Source of the DNA: a virus
Taxonomy: Duplodnaviria; Caudoviricetes
DNA length: 64,000 nt
IMG/VR virus record: IMGVR_UViG_3300042914_002678
Reading direction: 5' to 3' (one strand)
The position numbers were made by a program, and so were the translations under genes. The notes under the pieces were generated by a model, which did not search any database, was not told the origin of the DNA, and saw nothing but the letters and a program-made list of their open reading frames with translations. Every line of letters starts with the position of its first letter. The stretch's first letter is position 1. This document shows, piece by piece, positions 47,258 through 56,768 of the stretch.

Positions 47258-49309
47258 ATGGCAGGTAAAAGTGTAAATTCTATTGGTTCAAAGAATTGGT
47301 CACCGGGACCACCAGCAACAAGATATAATGCAAGTGGTAAGAACCGCGAGTTTTATACTTTTGAAAATGCCCCCGGTTTAGGAAATTATGCAACTGGTGG
47401 AACCATTATTGACGGTGGTGATGGATACATTTATCATATCTTCACTGGTGATGGAACCTTTGCAGTTAATCGTCCTCCTGCGGTAATTGATAGTGTTGAT
47501 TATATGATTGTTGCAGGCGGCGGGGCGGGTGGTGCGGGATCTGGCGGCACTATTCCCGGCGGTGGAGGGGGTGCCGGTGGGATGTTATTTGGTAATATTG
47601 GTGTTTCTAATGCTCCAGGATCTTATTCAATTTCTATTGGTGGCGGTGGTGCATCTAATGGACCTAATAATCCATCGGCATCAAGACACGGAGTTAATTC
47701 CGCAGCATTTGGATTAACTGCCGAAGGAGGTGGGGGTGGTGGAGGTAATGGACCTTTCCCTCTAATAAGTTCGCAGGCGCTCGGGGATCCTGGAGGATCT
47801 GGTGGTGGAGCTTTCAGTGCCCCACCCACAGGTGGTAGATCTGGAGGAACAGGAAATACTCCTGAAACTATACCAAGACAGGGATATCCAGGCGCTCCAT
47901 CATCAATGCCCAACAGTAGCCCCCCGGCTATTGGTGGCGGTGGCGGTGGAGCAGGTGGTGCAGGTGGGCATGAAGCAAATGGTGATCCAGCTGGTCCACC
48001 TTTTGTTCCCAGAGGTTATGGTGGACCAGGAAGACTCGTTCCTCAATTTCCAATTCCTATTATTGGGAAAGCAATTCCATCAACAAATTATCCAGTTTGG
48101 TACAATGATGTAGCGGAAGGGAGCACTTATTCTGGAAATTCTGGAGGTGGATTATCTGCTGGAGGAAGAGCATGGCCTCCACCATCTAATTCTTCACCAC
48201 AACTTAATGCTACTGATAATACTGGTCATGGTGGAATTGGTCAAACAACATCTCCAGGATTTAATGGTGGTTCTGGAATTGTTTGCATAAGATACAAAAA
48301 AAATGCACCTTACACAAGAGCAACTGGTGGAACAGTAGAACCAAGTACTCATCCAGAACATCCTGGTGTATGGAGACATATTTTTACTTCTCCTGGAGAT
48401 TTTACTGTTACTGACCCAACACTTCAATGGATTGATTATCTTGCTGTTGGTGGTGGTGGAGGAGGCGGTTCTTATATTGGAGGTGGTGGTGGTGCCGGTG
48501 GTTTTGTGTCTTCCATTCATAATTCCACAACAACACCACTTGTAATTCCAGAGGCATATCCTTGGAACCCAGGTTATTCGGTAAGAGCAGGAGAACAATA
48601 TCCTGTGGGTGTTGCAACTTATCCAATTGGTATTGGAACTGGCGGTGCTGGCGGTAATAGTGCAAATCCTCTACCACAATCCGGATCTCCTGGTCAAAAT
48701 ACAACAATAGGAAATCCAGGAGCATTACAGATTATTGCATATGGTGGTGGAGGAGGTGGTGGATCCATTGTACATGTTAATCCATCCCCACCCGGAGCAA
48801 GAATTGCAGGTGGTGCTGGTGGATCTGGTGGAGGTGCTTGTGGGACTAACGGAGCACCTCCACCATTTTATACCGTTAATGGTGGAAGTGCTTCTCCAAG
48901 TCCACTAATTCAAGGAAATCCAGGAGCTTCTACGCCTGGTGCAGGGGCCCCCAACGGTGGACTTGGTGGTGGTGCTGCAAGCACCCCCTCAACCCCAACT
49001 AACGGAGGTTGGTATTCTGTTTTGTCTCCATCTGCTTATGGAACTCCAGGACCACTTACACCAACTGCAATATATAGATATTTTGCTGGAGGTGGAGGTG
49101 GTGGAGGTAATCCTGGAAACGGTACTTCAGGAGGAGCAGGTGGAGGAGGTAGGGGTGGAAGCATTCCAGGAGCTCCAGATGGTCATCCCGTTAATGGTGT
49201 AGATGGAACCACCAACACTGGTGGTGGTGGAGGTGGAGGTGCTGAAGAATCCACCGCAATAGGGGGATCTGGCGGTCCTGGCATTGTTATTATTCAATAT
49301 CCAGAATAA
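47258..49309 (+). CDS. Gly/Pro-rich virion protein with two Gly-rich domains
   Basis: Two units ATGGT..HIFT.G.F..DY..V.GGG...GG.GIV.I.Y. Confidence 0.8.
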   Translation: MAGKSVNSIGSKNWSPGPPATRYNASGKNREFYTFENAPGLGNYATGGTIIDGGDGYIYHIFTGDGTFAVNRPPAVIDSVDYMIVAGGGAGGAGSGGTIPGGGGGAGGMLFGNIGVSNAPGSYSISIGGGGASNGPNNPSASRHGVNSAAFGLTAEGGGGGGGNGPFPLISSQALGDPGGSGGGAFSAPPTGGRSGGTGNTPETIPRQGYPGAPSSMPNSSPPAIGGGGGGAGGAGGHEANGDPAGPPFVPRGYGGPGRLVPQFPIPIIGKAIPSTNYPVWYNDVAEGSTYSGNSGGGLSAGGRAWPPPSNSSPQLNATDNTGHGGIGQTTSPGFNGGSGIVCIRYKKNAPYTRATGGTVEPSTHPEHPGVWRHIFTSPGDFTVTDPTLQWIDYLAVGGGGGGGSYIGGGGGAGGFVSSIHNSTTTPLVIPEAYPWNPGYSVRAGEQYPVGVATYPIGIGTGGAGGNSANPLPQSGSPGQNTTIGNPGALQIIAYGGGGGGGSIVHVNPSPPGARIAGGAGGSGGGACGTNGAPPPFYTVNGGSASPSPLIQGNPGASTPGAGAPNGGLGGGAASTPSTPTNGGWYSVLSPSAYGTPGPLTPTAIYRYFAGGGGGGGNPGNGTSGGAGGGGRGGSIPGAPDGHPVNGVDGTTNTGGGGGGGAEESTAIGGSGGPGIVIIQYPE

Positions 49310-49323
49310 GGAGGTAAAATTAT

Positions 49324-49716
49324 ATGGCACACTTTGCACAGATTGGTTATGATAATAAAGTCTTAAGAGTATCCGTTGTAAGAAACGAAGATATTCTTGA
49401 CGAAAATGGAAATGAAAGTGAAGAAGTAGGAATACAGTTTCTCAAATCAGTTCACGGACCTTTAACAAATTGGTTACAAACTTCATATAACAGTAATTTT
49501 AGATGTCGTTATGCTGGTACTGGAATGGTTTATGATAATCAACACGATGTATTTTTACTTCCTCAACCCTATCCTTCTTGGTCTTTAAATACTGAAACTT
49601 ATGAATGGGAACCTCCAATACCTGAACCAGAACTTACAGAGGAACAAAGAGAATCTGGAAGTTATTATGAGTGGAATGAAGAAACTCAAGAATGGGAATT
49701 AAAGACTGCAACTTGA
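49324..49716 (+). CDS. Fibre-associated protein (MAHFA.. family)
   Basis: MAHFAQI..WLQTSYN.NFRCRYA..YD...DVF..PQPY.SW.L....WEPP. Confidence 0.7.
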   Translation: MAHFAQIGYDNKVLRVSVVRNEDILDENGNESEEVGIQFLKSVHGPLTNWLQTSYNSNFRCRYAGTGMVYDNQHDVFLLPQPYPSWSLNTETYEWEPPIPEPELTEEQRESGSYYEWNEETQEWELKTAT

Positions 49717-49772
49717 GGTTTTTATAAAAGTGATATATAATGGTGATGAATAAATTATAAGGAGATTGAAAT

Positions 49773-50393
49773 TTGGCATTCCAATCAATATGGTATCAAA
49801 CTGAGTTAAATCCAAAAATCATAGAAACAATTGAAGAAGACTTAACGGATAATTTTCAACAACAAATGGGAGACTCCAGACTAATGGGAGATGCTCTCAA
49901 TCGTGATAAAAGAAATTCAAAAAATGCCTGGGTTCCAACAACTCATTGGACTGCTGGATTTGTTTGGCATTATGTTGAAAGAGCAAATCGTGAGAATTTT
50001 TTATATGATATAAGAAATATTGATGGGGAGAGTATGCAATTCACTCAATATGGAGTTGGTGAGTTTTATGGTTGGCATAATGATGCCGGTATTGCCGGTC
50101 AATATAAACCAGTATCTGTTGGAAATCATCACGAAGGAAGAGCACAAGACTATCTAAATGAGAATCTAGAACTTGTAAGAAAACTTTCATTTGTGGTTCA
50201 ACTTTCAGATCCAGATGATTATGAGGGTGGAAATCTTCAACTTCTTGCAGAGGATGGTAAGTCTTATTTTGCTCCAAGAAAAAGAGGAACTGTAATTGTT
50301 TTTGACTCAAGAACTCAACATCGTGTTCTTAAAGTAACTAAAGGAACTCGTAAGAGTTTGGTCGGGTGGGTATGCGGTAAGAGGTGGTCCTGA
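49773..50393 (+). CDS. 2OG-Fe(II) oxygenase (prolyl-4-hydroxylase-like)
   Basis: QFTQY..GEFYGWHND, RKLSFVVQLSDPDDYEGG, FDSRTQHRV..VTKGTRKSLVGW. Confidence 0.88.
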   Translation: MAFQSIWYQTELNPKIIETIEEDLTDNFQQQMGDSRLMGDALNRDKRNSKNAWVPTTHWTAGFVWHYVERANRENFLYDIRNIDGESMQFTQYGVGEFYGWHNDAGIAGQYKPVSVGNHHEGRAQDYLNENLELVRKLSFVVQLSDPDDYEGGNLQLLAEDGKSYFAPRKRGTVIVFDSRTQHRVLKVTKGTRKSLVGWVCGKRWS

Positions 50394-50394
50394 A

Positions 50395-51114
50395 ATGGCA
50401 GAACAAATGACAGAAGAACAACTCTTCTACCAAGAAAGATTAAATACAGGAACTTCGAAGACCAATAATGAGTTCTTTGAAAAGAATGGATATTTGGTAA
50501 TTAAGAATCTGTGGGATTCAAAAGAACTTTATCGTCCAGTTCCAGAAGAAAGAGGACAGATTAATTATTGGGGTAAAAAATTAGATCAATTTACCTATCA
50601 CGAACTTGAAATGCAGGTAGAGGGATCTCTTGCTTGCTATTGGCACCCACAATATCGTTCAATTCATTCTGGTATTCGAATTAAATTAGAAAAAGAATTG
50701 GGAAGAAAACTTTATAATACTTATTATTATGATCGTTTTTATTTTCCAGGACAAGAACTAACAAGACACGCAGATCGTGATGCTTGTGAAATTTCTGTAA
50801 CAACTCATATTAGTACAAATCTTGAGGAACCTTGGCCCATTTGGATCAAAACTCCAGATACTTATGCGGATAAAAAGAAAACAATCATCTCAAAAAGAGG
50901 AGAAAATCGCTCAGTAATTCTAAATGCTGGTGATGGAATGGTCTATAAGGGATGTGAAAGACCTCATTGGCGAGATCCTATGCCTACTGAACATACAAGA
51001 ACTTGGTATGGTAAAAGAGTAGAAAAAGAAGGACTTTATTATCATCAAATCTTTTTTCATTATGTTCTTGCTGATGGACAAAGAGTGCAGTGTGCGAATG
51101 ATATGGCAAGGTAA
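50395..51114 (+). CDS. 2OG-Fe(II) oxygenase-like protein
   Basis: ELTRHADRDACEISVT, GDGMVYKGCERPHWR, QIFFHY. Confidence 0.75.
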   Translation: MAEQMTEEQLFYQERLNTGTSKTNNEFFEKNGYLVIKNLWDSKELYRPVPEERGQINYWGKKLDQFTYHELEMQVEGSLACYWHPQYRSIHSGIRIKLEKELGRKLYNTYYYDRFYFPGQELTRHADRDACEISVTTHISTNLEEPWPIWIKTPDTYADKKKTIISKRGENRSVILNAGDGMVYKGCERPHWRDPMPTEHTRTWYGKRVEKEGLYYHQIFFHYVLADGQRVQCANDMAR

Positions 51115-51139
51115 TAAATAGTAAAAAATGTGATATAAA

Positions 51140-51349
51140 ATGCCAACCAGTTTATCGTCATTTTTAGGAACTACTTATAATGGACTTCAAGGTGTTCAAG
51201 GAGCAATTGCTTCTCAGGGATCTCAAGGTCTTCAAGGAGGTCAGGGGATTCAAGGTGTTGGAGGATCATTTAGTACACAAGGTGTTCAGGGTCTTCAAGG
51301 TCGTTCTGAAATTGGACTTGCCATACTTTCTTACTTGTCTCCTTCTTAA
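51140..51349 (+). CDS. Mini collagen-like protein 1 (69 aa)
   Basis: MPTSLSSFLG + GXQ repeats + hydrophobic C-terminus LAILSYLSPS. Confidence 0.7.
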   Translation: MPTSLSSFLGTTYNGLQGVQGAIASQGSQGLQGGQGIQGVGGSFSTQGVQGLQGRSEIGLAILSYLSPS

Positions 51350-51355
51350 AATAAA

Positions 51356-51565
51356 ATGCCAACTTCATTAAGTACTTTTTTATCAACTCAAACTCAAGGG
51401 ACTCAAGGTGTTCAGGGGCGTAGTTTTCAAGGAACTCAGGGTGTTATTGGAAGTCACCAAGGTGCTCAAGGAATTACAGGTGAATTAGTGGGACAAGGAA
51501 CACAGGCAACACTTGCTAAAAATGCTAAAGGTCTTTCAATGCTTGCTTGGTTGACACCTGGATAA
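51356..51565 (+). CDS. Mini collagen-like protein 2 (69 aa)
   Basis: MPTSLSTFLS + GXQ repeats + LSMLAWLTPG. Confidence 0.7.
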   Translation: MPTSLSTFLSTQTQGTQGVQGRSFQGTQGVIGSHQGAQGITGELVGQGTQATLAKNAKGLSMLAWLTPG

Positions 51566-51593
51566 ATATAAATATCTGAAAAACTGAAAGTAA

Positions 51594-51965
51594 ATGGCAG
51601 CACCAAACATTGTTAATGTTTCTTCTATTGTAGGTATTACAACTTTTGTTGCTAATATTAGTACAGGTTGGTCTGTAATAATTTCTAATCCTGAGTCTAG
51701 TAATTCGGTATATAAGGTCAATACATTACTTGCTTCTAATACTACTGGAACTTCTGCAAATATTACTGTTGATTATTTTAGTCAAGCAGCAGGAGCAGGA
51801 ACTTCCGTTTCAATCGGGACTACAATTTCAGTTCCTGCTGGATCTACACTCGCATTAATTGGAAAAGATACACCTCTTTATATTGAAGAAAATAGATCAA
51901 TAGCAGCACAGGCAGGAACTGCAAATTCAATTGATATTCTTGCTTCTTATGAGACTATTAGTTAA
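51594..51965 (+). CDS. Small beta-rich virion-associated protein
   Basis: MAAPNIVNVSSIVG...YKVNTLLASN...LYIEENRSI. Confidence 0.7.
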   Translation: MAAPNIVNVSSIVGITTFVANISTGWSVIISNPESSNSVYKVNTLLASNTTGTSANITVDYFSQAAGAGTSVSIGTTISVPAGSTLALIGKDTPLYIEENRSIAAQAGTANSIDILASYETIS

Positions 51966-51970
51966 TAAAA

Positions 51971-52930
51971 ATGACTAGAAATATTGGAAACTTTATTGGA
52001 AAATCCCCAGATAATGGTGGATTTTTTAATAGTTTATCTCAGCAAGTTCTTATAAAAACAAATATTTGGAATAGAATTGATATAGAAGGAGGAACTCCCC
52101 ATATTCCAGGAAATGGATATAGATATCATGTTTTTACAAGCACTGGAACATTAACTGTAAATAGTGGTGGTTCTGTTCAGTATCTTGTAATTGCTGGTGG
52201 TGGAAGTGGATCTCCTGGTCCCAGTTTTGAAAGTGGAGGTGGAGGTGGAGCAGGAGGATTCGTAAGTACCACAACTACCATTGGACCAGGAAGATATACA
52301 ATTACCATTGGTGGTTCTGAATCTAATTCTTCTATTGTAGGACCTCCTCTATTTACTTCTATAACCTCTCAAAGAGGTGGTGGGGGGAGCGGTACTGGTA
52401 GTGGTTCTCCTGGTGGATCTGGTGGCGGCGGCGCTGGGAATGCACCAATAAATTACTCCGGCGGAGCAGGAAACTCCCCATCAATACCTGCACTACTTGG
52501 TGGTCCGCAAGGTAATCCTGGCGGGACCGGCGGTAGTGCGTTTAATCCAGAAGCGAATGCAGGTGGAGGAGGTGGAGGTGCCGGTTCTTCTGGATCGCCA
52601 GGTTTGGGAGCTGCACCTCCTGGTGCCGGTGGTGCAGGTGGTGCAGGGAAAACTGCTTTTAGTGGTGATACTGGATTACCTGGTGCCTATGGGATGCCTG
52701 GACCTACTGCTGGACGTTGGTTTGCCGGTGGAGGAGGTGGTGGTGGAGATGATGGTTATACTACTCCATCACTTGGTGGATCTGGTGGTGGTGGAAATGG
52801 AGGAGGAGCAGACGATTCTGGATCTCCTGGAAAAATTAATACTGGATCTGGAGGTGGTGGAGGAGAAGGTGGTGGATCTGGTGGATCGGGTGGTTCTGGA
52901 ATTGTAATTTTCAGATACTTATATTCTTAA
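51971..52930 (+). CDS. Gly-rich domain virion protein
   Basis: GG..HIPGNGYRYHVFTSTG...GGSGIVIFRY. Confidence 0.8.
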   Translation: MTRNIGNFIGKSPDNGGFFNSLSQQVLIKTNIWNRIDIEGGTPHIPGNGYRYHVFTSTGTLTVNSGGSVQYLVIAGGGSGSPGPSFESGGGGGAGGFVSTTTTIGPGRYTITIGGSESNSSIVGPPLFTSITSQRGGGGSGTGSGSPGGSGGGGAGNAPINYSGGAGNSPSIPALLGGPQGNPGGTGGSAFNPEANAGGGGGGAGSSGSPGLGAAPPGAGGAGGAGKTAFSGDTGLPGAYGMPGPTAGRWFAGGGGGGGDDGYTTPSLGGSGGGGNGGGADDSGSPGKINTGSGGGGGEGGGSGGSGGSGIVIFRYLYS

Positions 52931-52942
52931 TAGGTAAATTAT

Positions 52943-53935
52943 ATGTCAAAGCATCTTGGAAATAGAATCGGATTTGGTGTTAGTACATATTCTGACGGTG
53001 GATTTTTTAATCTATCTTCTCAATCTTTTTTACTTAGAAAAAATAAATGGGTAAGTAAAGCAGTTATTGCAGGTGGAACAGTATTAACACCTGGAAATGG
53101 ATATAAGTATAATATTTTTACTGCCACAGGACCACTTACGATTTCTAATGGTGAAATTTATGTAGATTATATGATTGTTGCTGGTGGTGCAGGGGGTGCT
53201 ACTGGAAATGGTTCATTTACTGACACAACTGGTGGTGGTGGTGGTGCTGGTGGAGTTTCTGAAGGAACTGTTTTACTTTCTCCTGGATCTTATACTATTT
53301 CTGTGGGTGGTGGTGGCGCACAATCTACAGACGGAACCCCATCTTCCATTTCAAACCAGCCAAATGTCAATGTTGTAATAGGTGGTGGAACTGGTGGAGT
53401 TTTTCCTGCCCCAAATTCTGGAAGACCTGGTGGTTCTGGTGGAGGTGGAGGAGGAGGAACCTCTTTATTTCATGGTGGAAATGGAACAGGGGATCAAGGA
53501 ACTCCTGGTGGATACTGTGCTATTTTTTCATTTGCATCAGGTGGTGGTGGGGGTGCTGGTGGTGCTGGTGGTTCTGGAACTTCACCTGGTCCTGGAAATC
53601 TTGCTGGTCCTGGTGGAGTTGGTAGAGCAGCATTTTTAGGAGATTCTGGTATTCCACCTTCTTACGGAACCCCTGGTCCTACCCCTGGTAGATTTTTTGG
53701 CGGTGGTGGTGGTGGTGGCGCTTCTCCAACTCCTGTTACAACGCCATCAACTGGTGGTGCTGGTGGAGGAGGTGCTGGTGGAAGATCAAGTGCAACTGCA
53801 GGGATTAGAAATGGAACTTCAGGAACAACCAACACTGGCGGCGGCGGTGGTGGTGGTGGTGCTTCTCCTACTGGTGGCACTGGCGGTTCTGGTGGATCTG
53901 GAATTGTTATACTTCGTTATAAAGCATATACATAA
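52943..53935 (+). CDS. Gly-rich domain virion protein
   Basis: GGTVLTPGNGYKYNIFTATG...GGSGIVILRY. Confidence 0.8.
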   Translation: MSKHLGNRIGFGVSTYSDGGFFNLSSQSFLLRKNKWVSKAVIAGGTVLTPGNGYKYNIFTATGPLTISNGEIYVDYMIVAGGAGGATGNGSFTDTTGGGGGAGGVSEGTVLLSPGSYTISVGGGGAQSTDGTPSSISNQPNVNVVIGGGTGGVFPAPNSGRPGGSGGGGGGGTSLFHGGNGTGDQGTPGGYCAIFSFASGGGGGAGGAGGSGTSPGPGNLAGPGGVGRAAFLGDSGIPPSYGTPGPTPGRFFGGGGGGGASPTPVTTPSTGGAGGGGAGGRSSATAGIRNGTSGTTNTGGGGGGGGASPTGGTGGSGGSGIVILRYKAYT

Positions 53936-53959
53936 TTAAAAAAATAATTTCATACAGTT

Positions 53960-54373
53960 ATGGCACATTTTTCTGAATTAGATGAAAACAATATCGTAAA
54001 ACAAACAATCGTAGTATCCAACCAAGATACTTCTGATTTAAATGGTGTGGAAGTAGAAGAAATTGGAATAGCATTTTGTAAAAAATTATTTGGGGCAAAT
54101 ACTAAATGGAAACAAACTTCATATAATAATAATTTTAGATGTCGTTATGCTAGTCCTGGAATGACTTATAATGAAGAATATGATGTATTTTTGAATCCAC
54201 AACCATACTCTTCTTGGATTTTAAATACCGATACATATGAATGGGAAGCACCAGTTTCTCAACCAGAAATTACAGAGGAACAAAAAGAAAATTTTTATTA
54301 TTATGAATGGAATGAAACTAATTTAAGTTGGGATTTTAAACAAAGAGAAAATCCCGCACAAAATATGGTATAA
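53960..54373 (+). CDS. Fibre-associated protein (MAHF.. family), paralog of 49324..49716
   Basis: Same motifs; shared DNA AATTTTAGATGTCGTTATGCT. Confidence 0.72.
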   Translation: MAHFSELDENNIVKQTIVVSNQDTSDLNGVEVEEIGIAFCKKLFGANTKWKQTSYNNNFRCRYASPGMTYNEEYDVFLNPQPYSSWILNTDTYEWEAPVSQPEITEEQKENFYYYEWNETNLSWDFKQRENPAQNMV

Positions 54374-54395
54374 TAATTTTAAAGTTGTAATAAGT

Positions 54396-55373
54396 ATGAG
54401 TAATTTTGTAAAACTTGCGTTGGAAAATGGGGGATCTATTCATCCACTTATTATTCCTTCAACAGATTTAAAGGGACCTGCAATAACAAATCCATCAATT
54501 TATAATGATAATGGTAAACTCATTGTCAATCTTAGAAATATCAATTACACACTTTATCATTCTGAGAAAAAAACATTTGAGCACCACTGGGGGCCACTAG
54601 TTTATATTCACCCAGAAAATGATATGCGTTTGCGTACATGGAATGTAATTGGTGAACTGGATGAAAATCTGAGACTTAAATGGCATACTCATATTGATAC
54701 TTCTAAACATCCCGATAAAGAACTTTGGGAGTTTGTTGGATTAGAAGATGCTCGTATTTTTAGATGGGAAGGTAAACTTTATACGTGTGGTGTGAGAAGG
54801 GATCTTGATACCATTGGCACGGGAAGAATGGAACTTTGTGAGATTGAAATTGTAGATGGCGTGGTTAAAGAACTAAGTCAACACCGTATTCCAACTCCAG
54901 GAGATAACAGTTCTTATTGTGAAAAGAATTGGATGCCAATTCTTGATATGCCATATCATTTTGTTAAATGGACGAATGGTACAGAAGTTGTTAAATATGA
55001 TATTCACACTGGTCAGACAACTCAGGTTGTTATAAAAGAATGGACAGATCTAGGGTGTATTGATCTTCGTGGAGGATCTCAGGTTATTCCTTTTGGTGAA
55101 TATCGTCTTGCTTTAAATCATGAAACTTTTCTCACCAGAAGTCCCGCAGGCAGAAAGGACGGTACTTACCGCCACAGATTTATTGTTTGGGATAAAGATT
55201 GGAATATTGTAAAAGTTTCAAGAAGGTTTTCTTTCTTAGAAGCAGAGATTGAATTTGCCGTTGGTATGTGCGAATATGGTGATGACTATCTAATTACATT
55301 TGGTTTCCAGGATAATGCTGCTTATCTTTTGAAAGTTAATAAAAAATTTGTTTCTAATTATATACTTGAATAA
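54396..55373 (+). CDS. Predicted beta-propeller glycoside hydrolase/phosphorylase-like protein
   Basis: TNPSI, GLEDARIF, CEKNWMP, RGGSQ, IEFAVG. Confidence 0.55.
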   Translation: MSNFVKLALENGGSIHPLIIPSTDLKGPAITNPSIYNDNGKLIVNLRNINYTLYHSEKKTFEHHWGPLVYIHPENDMRLRTWNVIGELDENLRLKWHTHIDTSKHPDKELWEFVGLEDARIFRWEGKLYTCGVRRDLDTIGTGRMELCEIEIVDGVVKELSQHRIPTPGDNSSYCEKNWMPILDMPYHFVKWTNGTEVVKYDIHTGQTTQVVIKEWTDLGCIDLRGGSQVIPFGEYRLALNHETFLTRSPAGRKDGTYRHRFIVWDKDWNIVKVSRRFSFLEAEIEFAVGMCEYGDDYLITFGFQDNAAYLLKVNKKFVSNYILE

Positions 55374-55375
55374 TT

Positions 55376-55942
55376 ATGGCATCACTAACATCTGAAATAG
55401 TAATCTCTTTTTTGAAAAATTTAACTGAAGATCAAAATGATTATGAAGTTTTTATAGAATCCGGAACTAAAGGAGGGACAACTATAATGAATTTGATTTC
55501 TTCTTTTAAAGTTCTCCATACAATTGAGTTGTCTGAAAATTATTATAACTTTTTTGACTCTATTAAAAAAGAACAAAACTACACTAATGTAGTAAATCAT
55601 TTGGGGGCTACTGAAAATTTATTGTCAGATATTTTACAAAGTCTAAATTCTAATGAACGTGTAGTTTTTTGGTTAGATGGTCACTGGTCTTCTTTTGATA
55701 CTGCCAGAGGTGAAAAAGATTGTCCACTACTTGACGAGTGTTCAATTATAGACAGTACATACAAATCAAATAAAGCTGTTATACTGATCGATGACTATAG
55801 ACTCTTTGGAACTAACATGGTAGAGGACTGGTCAGAAGTTACTCTGAAAAATGTAATATCATGTTTCAAAAACCATAGTCTTTTCTACTTTATTAGGGAT
55901 GATATTTTGGCTATTTTGATAGAAAAAAATGTTAACATTTAA
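55376..55942 (+). CDS. Putative SAM-dependent methyltransferase
   Basis: FIESGT..G, HTIELS, FWLDGH, ILIDDYR. Confidence 0.6.
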   Translation: MASLTSEIVISFLKNLTEDQNDYEVFIESGTKGGTTIMNLISSFKVLHTIELSENYYNFFDSIKKEQNYTNVVNHLGATENLLSDILQSLNSNERVVFWLDGHWSSFDTARGEKDCPLLDECSIIDSTYKSNKAVILIDDYRLFGTNMVEDWSEVTLKNVISCFKNHSLFYFIRDDILAILIEKNVNI

Positions 55943-56768
55943 TTATCTTGGACATTTAGGTAGACTTGGAAATCAAATGTTTCAATATGCTACTCTTTTA
56001 GGAATAGCAAATCACAATAATTATGATTACACACTTCCACCAAATTTAACAGATCATATAGAACTATATAAGTGTTTTGAATTGGACAATTTTAGTACAA
56101 AAATATCAGATTGGTCTTCATTTGAAAGAATATCTCCAAAGATTCATTCTTTTGATAAAAAATTTTTTGATCAATGTCCAGGAAATGTTGATATACTAGG
56201 ATTTTTTCAAACGGAAAAATATTTTACACATATAAAAGATACTATCAAAAAGCATTATACTTTTAAAAAAGATATTTTTAATACTTCAAGACAATGTTTT
56301 AATCAATTAAGTATTGATAATGAAGTTATTTCATTGCACATTAGAATGACAGACAGCACAGGTCATGACATTATGAAAAATCTTGATCTTGATTATTATA
56401 AAAAATCTTTATCTTGTTTTGATAGAGATTTACCAGTAATAATTTTTTCTGACGATGTTGAAACTTGTATGAGGCTAAGTATTTTTCACGGATCTAGATT
56501 TTCTTTTTCACAGTCTTCAAGTCATTTTGTAGATTTGTGTATGATGACCATGTGTAAATACCATATAATCTCAAACAGTACCTTTGCTTGGTGGGGCGCT
56601 TGGTTATCGGACAGTAACAAAGTTATTGCTCCAAAAAAATGGTATACTGATTATGTCCATAATACTAAAGAATGGCATGAAATATCGCAACTTACTTGGA
56701 ATCCATATGAAGATGGTACTGTTTGGGAATCAAAAGATGTTTGTCCTGATGAATGGATTTTAATATGA
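55929..56768 (+). CDS. Glycosyltransferase family 11 (third copy)
   Basis: GRLGNQMFQY, SLHIRMTD, IISNSTFAWWGAWL. Confidence 0.9.
   Translation: MLTFNYLGHLGRLGNQMFQYATLLGIANHNNYDYTLPPNLTDHIELYKCFELDNFSTKISDWSSFERISPKIHSFDKKFFDQCPGNVDILGFFQTEKYFTHIKDTIKKHYTFKKDIFNTSRQCFNQLSIDNEVISLHIRMTDSTGHDIMKNLDLDYYKKSLSCFDRDLPVIIFSDDVETCMRLSIFHGSRFSFSQSSSHFVDLCMMTMCKYHIISNSTFAWWGAWLSDSNKVIAPKKWYTDYVHNTKEWHEISQLTWNPYEDGTVWESKDVCPDEWILI

Noticed and set aside
47508-53939. Alternative-frame ORFs inside Gly-rich genes (e.g. 47508, 47802, 52497, 53382, 53662)
   Set aside because: Artefacts of GGT/GGA poly-glycine tracts (poly-Val or poly-Pro shadows)
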